DNA of 24,865 nt from an uncultured bacterium (GCA_938042205.1 CALIRS010000025.1:1-24865); one strand, 5' to 3'. Shown: positions 1-8,470, counted from the stretch's first letter. The notes: a model not told the origin generated them from the letters alone. Numbers and translations: made by a program.

Positions 1-57
1 CTATTTATAAGACGAAATGACGTGAAACGCTATGTTTTTGATAAATATTTTCTAAAT

Positions 58-741
58 TCAAACTTCCCTTGAATCTTGCATTTCAAATATCTTCCCAAGA
101 AACCTGACAGTTCTTGTCAACGATCTGTGAGAAGCTGAAGAATAAAAAAGAATAGCGTCCTTTTCCGTGTCAATATCGATTAGCTCAGGAAGAAATTTTA
201 TTAAAAGATTTCTCTTTTTTGCCCTGTCGACAGTAGCTGAAAATACCTTCTCGGTTCCCCAGGGGATATCAATAAAAAGCTCTGGATAAAAGTTTTTCAA
301 GCCTATTAAATAATATCCGCCATCTGTGGAGGGACCAATTACCAGATCGCAGTTCTCTAAATTCTCGAGTGCTCGAGTTATTAATGACGAAGTTAAAGCT
401 GGAGTATCAGTATCAATAAGAACTAAAGCTTCTCTGGTGAGATCAAATGATTTCAAAACAGAAAGAATCCGCTGCCCAAGGTCACTTCCTTCCTGTGGAA
501 TGAACTTGACTTTTTCTTTGAGACTTTCTGGAATAAGATCATCGATTACTTTCCTGTCTTCGAATGGATAACAGGCAATATAAATATCTACCCTCTCAAG
601 CCTGGAAAGTTCATCTAACCGATCCTTAAGCAGGCAGCTGTAAAAAGTTAACGCTCCTTCTTCACCAAGCCAGGGGATAAGTCTTGTTTTTACTTCCCCT
701 TTAACTGGCACTTTAGCCATCAAAACAACCATTCCCAACAT
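58..741 (-). CDS. DUF2064 / TIGR04282-family glycosyltransferase-like protein (CofC/nucleotidyltransferase-like fold)
   Basis: Motifs MAKVPVKGEVKTRL, QEGSDLGQR, DTDTPAL, IGPSTDGGYYLIGL, IPWGT and DID..D are typical of the family. Confidence 0.88.
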   Translation of the reverse strand: MLGMVVLMAKVPVKGEVKTRLIPWLGEEGALTFYSCLLKDRLDELSRLERVDIYIACYPFEDRKVIDDLIPESLKEKVKFIPQEGSDLGQRILSVLKSFDLTREALVLIDTDTPALTSSLITRALENLENCDLVIGPSTDGGYYLIGLKNFYPELFIDIPWGTEKVFSATVDRAKKRNLLIKFLPELIDIDTEKDAILFYSSASHRSLTRTVRFLGKIFEMQDSREV

Positions 742-745
742 AACA

Positions 746-789
746 GGGGTAACAGGGGTCAGGTCTTGAATTGTGAATTTCGCATGTCA
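746..789 (+). repeat. GGGGTCAG-type repeat, copy A (left end of inverted pair 1)
   Basis: 755-789 ggggtcaggtcttgaattgtgaatttcgcatgtca is 33/35 identical to 15316-15350; preceded by ggggt-aaca. Confidence 0.9.
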
Positions 790-855
790 GACGCATAATA
801 ACAAGGGAAGATTTTCATTTTTAATCTTTATTTATACAATTCTCAAAATGTAAAA

Positions 856-881
856 ATTCAAGATCTGATCCCTTTCACCCC
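856..881 (-). repeat. GGGGTCAG-type repeat, inverted copy (right end of pair 1), overlapping the site-2 protease stop codon
   Basis: Minus strand reads ggggt-gaaa-gggatcagatcttgaatt versus ggggt-aaca-ggggtcaggtcttgaatt; core matches 16/18. Confidence 0.75.
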
Positions 882-1988
882 TTTCATGAGATGGACGTAG
901 GTAGCGATACCATTTCTCGTGATAAGTCCGACTATCTTATCATTCTCCGTAACTATGATTCTTCCCTTGCCCTCCCTGGCCATCACTTCAAGAGCACTAA
1001 AAGCGTCGTTTTCAGGTGAAATTTCACTTTCTTTCCTGTGGGGAGCTACAACTTTTTCCACCTTTACCCTTCCCCAATCACTTCTGGGAACATCTTTAAC
1101 CTCTTTTAAAGTTACAAACCCTTTGAGTTCATCATCTTTTTTTACCGGAAAACCACCATATCCATACCTCAGGAAATATTCGTTTACTGCTTCCTCTATA
1201 GTGATAGATGGGTCTAACCAGACAATGTCTTTCACCATAATGTCCCTTACTTTCACACCTGATAGGATTTCTTGAAGAGTAGATTGCTGGTAGCTTGCCT
1301 GAGCTGCCGAGAAGAGAAACCAGCCGATAAGCATCATCCATAAACCCGACGGAATTCCATATAAAAGAGAAAACAGACCAAAAACCATAAAGAAAATGGC
1401 AACTGCCTGACCGACGCTTGACGCTTTCTGTGTGGCATAAAAGTAGTTCTTCTTTCTCGCCCAGAGAGCAGATCTGAGAACCCTTCCGCCATCCATTGGA
1501 AAACCAGGTAGTAGGTTGAAAAAAGCAAGTAATAGGTTAATAAATGCTAAATAAGAAAAAAGAGCATCCAGTATTCCGCCTGAGATAAATGAAAGGGAGA
1601 AAAAAATAACTGACAGAAGAATGCTTGATAGCGGACCAGCAATAGCGATTTTAAACTCAGACAAAGGTTCGGAGGGCTCTCCTCTCATCTGCGCCACTCC
1701 GCCAAAAATGAACAGAGTAATTCTTTCAATGTAAATTCTATGCTTCCTGGCAACAAAAGAATGAGATAGTTCATGGAAAGCAACAGAAATGAATAAAAGA
1801 AAGGTTGCTACAGCACCAACCATCCAGCTGGAAACAGTGGACAGCTCAGGCACCACTCTTGGAAAATAATATGTTGAAAGCGACCAGGTGATCAGCCCAA
1901 AAATGATTAGCCATGAGAAATGAATATGGATAGGAATTCCCATTATTCTCCCAATTCTCCAGCTATCCACAAAAAATGACCTGTTCAT
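858..1988 (-). CDS. Site-2 protease (peptidase M50) with C-terminal CBS domain pair
   Basis: HELSH zinc motif, NLLPGFPMDGGR motif, several TM segments, CBS repeats (VRDIM...GFPV...GLITRNGI); SD AAGGAG upstream. Confidence 0.93.
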   Translation of the reverse strand: MNRSFFVDSWRIGRIMGIPIHIHFSWLIIFGLITWSLSTYYFPRVVPELSTVSSWMVGAVATFLLFISVAFHELSHSFVARKHRIYIERITLFIFGGVAQMRGEPSEPLSEFKIAIAGPLSSILLSVIFFSLSFISGGILDALFSYLAFINLLLAFFNLLPGFPMDGGRVLRSALWARKKNYFYATQKASSVGQAVAIFFMVFGLFSLLYGIPSGLWMMLIGWFLFSAAQASYQQSTLQEILSGVKVRDIMVKDIVWLDPSITIEEAVNEYFLRYGYGGFPVKKDDELKGFVTLKEVKDVPRSDWGRVKVEKVVAPHRKESEISPENDAFSALEVMAREGKGRIIVTENDKIVGLITRNGIATYVHLMKGVKGIRS

Positions 1989-2120
1989 ATTTTCTCCTTA
2001 AGATTATCTAACTTAGATTTTAACAGAACAGGATTCTCTGTTTTGGCTCAAACAACGTTAATAATATCCCAAAATGAACTCAAGTTTCTTTTGAGGAAAG
2101 CCGATAAAACAAAAGTAAAA

Positions 2121-2200
2121 GCCGCCCGATAAAGGCAAAACCCTCGCGAGGGGTGACGCAAAGCCACAGGTCCCTCGTGGACAACCGGGTTGCCGAAGGC
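2121..2200 (+). ncRNA. c-di-GMP-I (GEMM) riboswitch aptamer
   Basis: aaaGGCAAAAccctc-GCGA-ggggtGACGCAAAGCcacaggtcc...ggacaaccGGGTTGCCGAa matches the GEMM-I pattern (GNRA-capped P2, GACGCAAAGC junction, P3, 3' GCCGA); lies in the 5' leader of a secreted protease gene. Confidence 0.92.
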
Positions 2201-2227
2201 GAAATAAGTATTCGTTTGTTTCGCCTT
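2196..2227 (+). promoter_or_regulatory. Hairpin overlapping the riboswitch P1 3' strand (putative expression platform)
   Basis: aaggcgaaa (2196-2204) pairs with tttcgcctt (2219-2227); no U-tract follows. Confidence 0.55.
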
Positions 2228-2290
2228 ACCAGCAGAAGTATGCGGATTTTTTTCTGGAGGGGAAATTTTCTAAAAGGGAAGTGAGCAAAA

Positions 2291-3898
2291 TTGAAGAGTT
2301 TTCCCCGCAATCTTCAGATCCCTTATTCTAAAAAAATTACCCTAAAAACTTCGCTTTTTGTTCTGCTTACACTTGCGTTAACAATTGCTTTTTTTACTTC
2401 AAGCTGGGCTAAAACTCCAGGCTATCAAAAATCACAGTTCGTTTATGAAAAGGGCTACTCTCCTGATCAATTCCTGGTGAAATTCAAACCAGGCATTGCA
2501 GCCGAAACCAGACATTCTATTAATGTTAAGCACGGTGTTAAGGAAAAAGACTTCATAAGTGATATTAATGTCCATATTCTTACGGTCCCTCGCACAAAGA
2601 CTGTCAAAGAGATGATAAATGTTTACCGTAAAAACCCGAATGTCGATTACGCTGAACCTGATTATATCTTGGAAACTTTATTGACCCCAAACGATCCCTG
2701 CTATCCAGGACAATGGGGTTTGCCTGCTGTTTCAGCACCAGTAGGTTGGGATGTTACCACTGGAAATGCTTCAGTTATCGTTGCTGTAGTTGACAGCGGG
2801 GTGGATTCTACTCATCCAGATTTACAGGGAAAGGTAATTGCGGGATATGATTTTGTAAATAACGACTCTGACCCTTCAGATGACAGAGGGCATGGTACAA
2901 AAGTGGCTGGAATTATTGCTGCTAACACTGATAACAGAGTTGGTATTGCAGGTATTAACTGGAACGGAAAGATACTTTCAGAAAAGGCTCTTGATCAGTA
3001 TGGTTACGGTCTGAGCAGCAATATCGCCAAAGCAATTACTCATGCAACAGATAATGGTGCCAAAGTAATTAATTTAAGTCTTGGGGGAACTTCTAATAGC
3101 TCAACCTTAAAATCTGCTGTTGATTATGCCTATAACAAAGGTGTTACGCTTGTTGCCGCCGCTGGAAATAGTGGCGATAACACAATTTTTTATCCTGCAG
3201 GATATTCAAATGTAATTGCCGTGGGGTCCGTTAATATCGAACTTTTAAGATCCAGTTTCTCAAGCTATGGTCCCCACCTGGATGTTGTTGCTCCCGGGGA
3301 ACTGATTTATACCACCAGACCAAACTCTGAATACGTGAGATCTACCGGAACTTCATTTTCGGCTCCATTTGTCTCAGCACTGGCATCGTTGCTGCTCTCT
3401 CTGAACCAGCAGCTAACTCCTTCACAAATTCAGGACATTATTCAGAAAACAGCTAAAGATGCGGGCGATCCGGGATGGGACCAATTCTATGGCTGGGGAA
3501 TTATGAATATTGAGGCTTCTTTAAAAGCATCTTCAGAAAACGTTTCCTCTGGAAATGAAATTCAAGTTTCGGAACCTCAAACGCCAGCAGTTGAAGATAT
3601 TGAGCCTCCAATGGTACGGATCCTTTACCCCTCATCCGGAATGCAGATTTCGGGGAAAATCTTAATCAAAGCCGATGCTTATGATAACGTTTCCGTTTCA
3701 AAAGTTAATTTTTATGTTGATGGCGCTTTTATAGGAAGTGTCAGTTCGGAGCCCTATGAAATTATCCTAAATACAAGAGGTATTGGAAATGGAATACACC
3801 TTATCTATACAGTAGCTCATGATGCATCGGGTAATACTTCGACTTCTGATATTGTTTCGGTTGAAGTTCTTAACCAGGCTAAAGGAAGAAAAAAGTAG
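2291..3898 (+). CDS. Secreted S8 subtilisin-like serine protease with N-terminal prodomain and C-terminal bacterial Ig-like domain
   Basis: Signal-like hydrophobic segment; prodomain; triad motifs VVDSG, HGTKVAG, GTSFS; oxyanion AAAGN; C-terminal PPMVRILYPSSG...V.FYVDG...A.DASGN Ig-like domain; TTG start is uncertain. Confidence 0.93.
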   Translation: MKSFPRNLQIPYSKKITLKTSLFVLLTLALTIAFFTSSWAKTPGYQKSQFVYEKGYSPDQFLVKFKPGIAAETRHSINVKHGVKEKDFISDINVHILTVPRTKTVKEMINVYRKNPNVDYAEPDYILETLLTPNDPCYPGQWGLPAVSAPVGWDVTTGNASVIVAVVDSGVDSTHPDLQGKVIAGYDFVNNDSDPSDDRGHGTKVAGIIAANTDNRVGIAGINWNGKILSEKALDQYGYGLSSNIAKAITHATDNGAKVINLSLGGTSNSSTLKSAVDYAYNKGVTLVAAAGNSGDNTIFYPAGYSNVIAVGSVNIELLRSSFSSYGPHLDVVAPGELIYTTRPNSEYVRSTGTSFSAPFVSALASLLLSLNQQLTPSQIQDIIQKTAKDAGDPGWDQFYGWGIMNIEASLKASSENVSSGNEIQVSEPQTPAVEDIEPPMVRILYPSSGMQISGKILIKADAYDNVSVSKVNFYVDGAFIGSVSSEPYEIILNTRGIGNGIHLIYTVAHDASGNTSTSDIVSVEVLNQAKGRKK

Positions 3899-3902
3899 AA
3901 GG

Positions 3903-3936
3903 GGAAAAGCCCGACCCTGAAGGGTCGGGCTTTTCC
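3903..3936. terminator. Bidirectional intrinsic terminator
   Basis: Perfect 15-bp stem ggaaaagcccgaccc-tgaa-gggtcgggcttttcc with A4/T4 tracts in the outer stem, between convergent genes. Confidence 0.9.
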
Positions 3937-3956
3937 GGTACTTTCACTTCAACATC

Positions 3957-5189
3957 TTATGGCCAAACAGGGACAGGACAGGGATCATAAGGAATCACGT
4001 TTGCCCTGTTGTTATTTAAATCGTCAAAGATGTCCTGGTAGTCTTCGAGAGTTGTCCGCTGTGGATTTCCCGCTGGTGTTGAAGGGTAAGTTTTCAGTAA
4101 CTCGTTTGCTTCATTTATTAAATCATTGATTGACTTCCAGGTATCGCCTACTACAATTCCGTAATCATCTCCAGTACCCGAAGGACAGATGTATTTGAGA
4201 TTCAGGATAAGTGCTGCCATTTGAACTGACAGCATATAGGACATATTAGTAGCATCTGCAGCGAGGAGCCAGTTCCTGAGCTGAGTATAGTTTCCCGGGT
4301 CAAAAGCGTTACCCTCTTCACTTACCAGGTTATAACCAGCAAGAAGAGTTACCCACCCAGGGTTGGTATCAAGGATTTTCTTCCCGTTCTTATTTGACCA
4401 GAAACCAAGAGTCTTTCCGCATGTGAACTGGATTTCACAAACATTTCCAAAATATAAATCATCCACTGGAGAATCCTCTGGTAAATTAAAAATATAAGAA
4501 TTACCAGGAGGATACGTTTGAATCCAATTTGAACCTGCTGGCGGTGGTTCCTCGCTCACCGTAAATGTCCCTACGCCAAGCTCAAAACTAAACAAACCTC
4601 CGGCACCCGTTAAAGTAGTATCTTCATAGTCACCCGTTATATTAATCTTCCAACCATTAAGTCCTGGTTCGTCGCTATCCCAGTTTCCATCTTTATCCCT
4701 GTCATAAAACTTCGCCCCAGAAACCAGTTCCATTTCTGGAAAACCACCTTCAGAAGGCGCAAAACAAAAATCAATATAGCTTAAATCTGCCCAGTAACCG
4801 GATGGATTTTTCGGGGCATGCAATCCAGTATCACTCATTACAGGAGGGTCATAATTGTAAATATTTGCTCCGAAACGACCGCCTTTAGCAACTACTTTCG
4901 TCACCGGAATAGTTGACCACCAATCGAACGCTTGTCCATCGGGAGTGTCATATACTGATACCGTTACTGTTCCAGTAAGCGTTGTACTATCATAAACAAC
5001 CGTGAAGGGATAAGATATTGTTTCTCCATCACCTGGTGGTGGATCGATTCTAAAACAAGCAGGACCCAGCTTTGGATTTCCTGGATCCGGTTCCGGATTT
5101 ACCAGTGCTGCATATGCAAAATAAACCGCACCTAAGAGAAGAAAGATAGTAAGAACTGAAACTGCCAGCTTGTAGTCTGTGCGCTTCAC
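3957..5189 (-). CDS. Secreted multidomain protein with central SdrD-B/prealbumin-like domain
   Basis: N-terminal signal/TM segment; GAKFYDRDKDGNWDSDEPGLNGWKI...TTGAGGLFSF SdrD-B-like motif; helical C-terminal domain starting GKTLGFWSNKNG; strong SD GGGAGGTG before the GTG. Confidence 0.75.
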   Translation of the reverse strand: MKRTDYKLAVSVLTIFLLLGAVYFAYAALVNPEPDPGNPKLGPACFRIDPPPGDGETISYPFTVVYDSTTLTGTVTVSVYDTPDGQAFDWWSTIPVTKVVAKGGRFGANIYNYDPPVMSDTGLHAPKNPSGYWADLSYIDFCFAPSEGGFPEMELVSGAKFYDRDKDGNWDSDEPGLNGWKINITGDYEDTTLTGAGGLFSFELGVGTFTVSEEPPPAGSNWIQTYPPGNSYIFNLPEDSPVDDLYFGNVCEIQFTCGKTLGFWSNKNGKKILDTNPGWVTLLAGYNLVSEEGNAFDPGNYTQLRNWLLAADATNMSYMLSVQMAALILNLKYICPSGTGDDYGIVVGDTWKSINDLINEANELLKTYPSTPAGNPQRTTLEDYQDIFDDLNNNRANVIPYDPCPVPVWP

Positions 5190-5425
5190 ACGTTTTCACC
5201 TCCCTTCTGAGTTAATGATGTCCTACGTGTTTCCAATCAAAAAAATAATGGGTTTGAAGTTCTGCTTATGAACTAATCTAAGCTTTCAAAAGCATATTTT
5301 CTATCCCTCTTTCGAGTGATTTTTACATGTCACTAAATGGTTAACACATGCTAACCTTTTCGAAAAAAGAGCACCTCATTAACCAAGAACTCCTTCATAG
5401 TTATAACCAAGAAAATCTTAAACAC

Positions 5426-6379
5426 CTAAGGGGGGCATTTGCTACAAATAGAGGCAAAAAGTGTAGTACTGAGATACCGCTCACCTTTATCAGGAAAAAC
5501 TGTAACAATTGTGCAATGATTTACCTTACCCGAAAACTTCTTGTCTAAAAACTTTATCACTCCAGCTAAAGCCGCACCGCTGGACATTCCTACAAAAAGA
5601 CCTTCTTCACGAGCCAGCCTTCGTGCCATTTCAAAAGACTCTGCGTCATTAACATAAAGTTTATCATCAAGAAAAAATTCATTATAAATAGATGGTACAA
5701 TTGATTCATTCATGTTTTTAAGTCCTTGAATACGATGATTTTTGACCGGTTCAATGCCAATTATTTTTATATCCGGTAAGTTTTCTTTCAAATACTTACC
5801 TGTGCCCATCAATGTGCCCGTTGTCCCCATTCCAGCAATAAAATAATCTATGCTATCACCTAGCTGACTTATAATTTCTGGTCCGGTAGTTTCATAATGT
5901 GAAAGAACATTGGCAGGATTGGTGAACTGGTCGGGCATGAAGTAACGATCTGGTTCCACTTCTACAAGCGACTTCGCCCTGATAATGGCTCCGTCTGTTC
6001 TCTCATCCGCTGGTGTCAAAATAAGATCCGCCCCAAGTGCTTCAAGGATTCGCCTTCGCTCAACGGATACGCACTCAGGCATAAAAAGTCTAACTTTATA
6101 TCCCTTAAGTGCACAGATCATCGCCAGAGCAATACCAGTATTGCCCGATGTTGGTTCGACTACTATTTTTTCTTTAGTAAGCATTCCATTTTCTTCTGCT
6201 TTCCTGATCATAAACAAAGCGGGTCTGTCTTTAACCGAACCACCCGGGTTTGCCCCCTCAAGCTTCGCAAAAATTCTTACCGAGGGATACTTTGGATTAA
6301 GCTTGCGTATTTCTATAAGCGGAGTATTGCCGATAGCGTTTAAAAGACTGTATTTATCTTCGCGCTCTACCATCTCCAC
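5426..6379 (-). CDS. cysM: PLP-dependent cysteine synthase family protein (CysM-like)
   Basis: IGNTPL, KLEGANPGGSVKDR (PLP lysine), EPTSGNTG, GMGTTGT, GMSSG motifs; SD GGAGG; CysM versus CysK assignment is tentative. Confidence 0.88.
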   Translation of the reverse strand: MEMVEREDKYSLLNAIGNTPLIEIRKLNPKYPSVRIFAKLEGANPGGSVKDRPALFMIRKAEENGMLTKEKIVVEPTSGNTGIALAMICALKGYKVRLFMPECVSVERRRILEALGADLILTPADERTDGAIIRAKSLVEVEPDRYFMPDQFTNPANVLSHYETTGPEIISQLGDSIDYFIAGMGTTGTLMGTGKYLKENLPDIKIIGIEPVKNHRIQGLKNMNESIVPSIYNEFFLDDKLYVNDAESFEMARRLAREEGLFVGMSSGAALAGVIKFLDKKFSGKVNHCTIVTVFPDKGERYLSTTLFASICSKCPP

Positions 6380-6396
6380 CCCTTATCTCCTCCAAA

Positions 6397-6452
6397 GGCC
6401 GGATCTCAAATCACAAATTTTTTTAATCTAAGATCCTGACCCCATAAACCCC
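6397..6452. repeat. Degenerate GGGGTCAG-type inverted pair 3
   Basis: Minus strand ggggt-ttat-ggggtcaggatcttagatt (6452-6425) faces ggccggatctcaaat (6397-6411). Confidence 0.6.
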
Positions 6453-6461
6453 TCAACTCTT

Positions 6462-7604
6462 TCATGCTTTTCTTTTTAAAGACCAGATAGCCGCAATAAG
6501 AAATACGCTTGCAAAACCAACTAAAGCTGCAATATCTGTCCAGATTTTTTCTAATCCCCAGCCTCTAAGCATTACAGAACGACAGGCATTTACCGAATAT
6601 GTTGGAGGTATAAGGTAGGAAGCAGGCCTTATCCATGAAGGTATCGCCTCCAGAGGCCAGAAAATTCCCGCAAGTAAAAACGTCGGCAATACTATAAACG
6701 GTAGAAATTGAATCGCCTGTGCTTCCCTTTTTGCTAAACTCGAAAGTAATATCCCTAAACTAAGACTAACGATTGCTAATAACGCAATTACTACAAAAGC
6801 AAGTATTATATTCCCAACTATCATTATGTTAAAAACTGTGATACCTATGGCAAGAAGTATTATAGTTTGTAATGTACCAATAATGCTGAAAGCAATTGCA
6901 TACCCAAATACAATCTCCGCTTCTTTTAATGGTGTCGAAAGAAGCCTTTCCAGATTCCCTGATGTTCTTTCCCCAACAAATGTTATAAGTGTAAGGAGGG
7001 CGGTCAGGAAAAACACTACATACGACATAATCCCTGGCACAAAGAAATCCATAAACTCTGCATTCTCACCATAGATAGGGTTATCTGTATCCAATATAAT
7101 CGGTGATTCACTTCCAGCTTTCCTCATTGTTTCTATGACTGCGTCGCTCACATTCTTTATGATTGCATTGGCTACATTTACATTACTTTTATCTAATTTC
7201 ACCTTAATAATCGCATTCTTCAAGAAAGAAGGATTTCGAATTCTTTTATATAAATCCCTTGTGAAATGTTTCGGAAAGATGATTACTCCATACGCTTCAC
7301 CATTTTCAACACGGTGAATCCCATCTTCAACGTCCTCGACATATTCTAAAGTCAGTATGTCATCTTTTAAGTTAGAAATAATATCCTTGGAAATGGATAC
7401 GGTAATATTTGTTCCAGGGTCTCTAAACCCCTTATCATCATTGACTACCACCACTCGCACATCTCTCACGTCACCGCTAAATGCAATACCGAAAACAAAC
7501 ATTGCAATAACCGGTGCTACAAACATTAACGCAAGAGTTCTTTTGTCGTTTCTCAATTCCCTGAAGGTTCTCCTGGCAATACTTAGAGTCCTTCTAACAC
7601 TCAT
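6462..7604 (-). CDS. ABC-2 type exporter permease
   Basis: One N-terminal TM segment, extracellular domain, then several C-terminal TMs; GERTSGNLERLLSTPL and FLLAGIFWPLEAIPSW motifs; overlaps the ATPase gene by 4 nt. Confidence 0.92.
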   Translation of the reverse strand: MSVRRTLSIARRTFRELRNDKRTLALMFVAPVIAMFVFGIAFSGDVRDVRVVVVNDDKGFRDPGTNITVSISKDIISNLKDDILTLEYVEDVEDGIHRVENGEAYGVIIFPKHFTRDLYKRIRNPSFLKNAIIKVKLDKSNVNVANAIIKNVSDAVIETMRKAGSESPIILDTDNPIYGENAEFMDFFVPGIMSYVVFFLTALLTLITFVGERTSGNLERLLSTPLKEAEIVFGYAIAFSIIGTLQTIILLAIGITVFNIMIVGNIILAFVVIALLAIVSLSLGILLSSLAKREAQAIQFLPFIVLPTFLLAGIFWPLEAIPSWIRPASYLIPPTYSVNACRSVMLRGWGLEKIWTDIAALVGFASVFLIAAIWSLKRKA

Positions 7605-8350
7605 GTCCTCGCGTTCCTTTTTGCAAAAATCAAGAAAGCTTCCTCCAGAGATTTAGTATTGGAGATTCGGATGATTTCTTCCGGAGTGCCTTCAGCAATA
7701 AGGTTTCCCTGCCTGAGCAGTCCAACTTTATCGCAACGTGCAGCTTCGTCCATATAATGTGTGGTAAGCAATATAGTTACACCCTTCTCTTTAATCAAAC
7801 CAAAGTAATCCCAGAATGAAGCTCTCAGCTCAGGATCAATACCTACTGTTGGTTCGTCCAGTAAAAGAAGCTGAGGACTATGGACCATGCTGCATGCGAG
7901 TGAAACTCTATGCTTCATTCCACCACTTAAGTTTGAAACTAATTCGTCCTTCCATTTCTCCAGATTTATGAATCCAAGCAGTTCTTCTGTCCGTTCTGTG
8001 ATTCTCTTTTTTGACAGCCCAAATATTTCACCATACAGTTCAATGTTTTGACGAACTGTAAGATTTAAGTAGAGCGCGGTATCCTGAGGCATGTATCCCA
8101 CCTCTGATAATATGTCTTTATCAGGCATTCTTTCCCCAAGTACATATGCATCACCCTCAGTGGGTTTCAGAAGCCCTAATAAAAGTTTTATCAGGGTAGT
8201 TTTCCCGGCACCGTTAGGTCCCAGTAGTCCATAGACAACACTTTTTTCCACTCGTAGATTCAGACGACTGAGTGCCGTAAAAATTCCGTACCTTTTTGTC
8301 AGGTTTACTGTCTCAATGGCGTAAGGTAGAGATTCCATCTTCTGTCTCAT
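7601..8350 (-). CDS. ABC transporter ATP-binding protein
   Basis: Walker A GPNGAGKTT, signature LSGGMKHR, Walker B LLLLDEPT, H-loop TTHYM. Confidence 0.95.
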   Translation of the reverse strand: MRQKMESLPYAIETVNLTKRYGIFTALSRLNLRVEKSVVYGLLGPNGAGKTTLIKLLLGLLKPTEGDAYVLGERMPDKDILSEVGYMPQDTALYLNLTVRQNIELYGEIFGLSKKRITERTEELLGFINLEKWKDELVSNLSGGMKHRVSLACSMVHSPQLLLLDEPTVGIDPELRASFWDYFGLIKEKGVTILLTTHYMDEAARCDKVGLLRQGNLIAEGTPEEIIRISNTKSLEEAFLIFAKRNART

Positions 8351-8374
8351 ATCTGTTCTTTAAAATTATATATC

Positions 8375-8470
8375 TGTTGTGGCTGTTAGCTATTGGTTAT
8401 TTGCTGTATGGTGTGAATAGCTGGCAATTTGCTGTTGGTTGTAGATTTTGTTTGTAAGTCGTTAGTTAAT
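8375..8470. repeat. Degenerate heptamer tandem array
   Basis: In-phase 7-mers gctgtta, gctattg, gttattt, gctgtat, ggtgtga, gcaattt, gctgttg, gttgtag within 8382-8444 (one poorly matching unit, atagctg, at 8417-8423), decaying towards 8470. Confidence 0.6.

Noticed and set aside
2080-2310. 76-aa minus-strand ORF
   Set aside because: Antisense to the riboswitch leader with no recognisable motif
2693-3400. GTSFS instead of GTSMA in the S8 protease as a sign of inactivity
   Set aside because: Catalytic Asp, His, Ser and the oxyanion Asn are intact; this variant is common
3966-3985. acagggacaggacaggg resembling the GGGGWSAS motif
   Set aside because: Explained by the Pro/Val codons of the C-terminal PCPVPVWP on the minus strand
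5380-5413. Direct repeat taaccaagaa x2, 24 nt apart, upstream of the secreted protein
   Set aside because: Only two 10-mers in AT-rich DNA and no cognate regulator; could be chance
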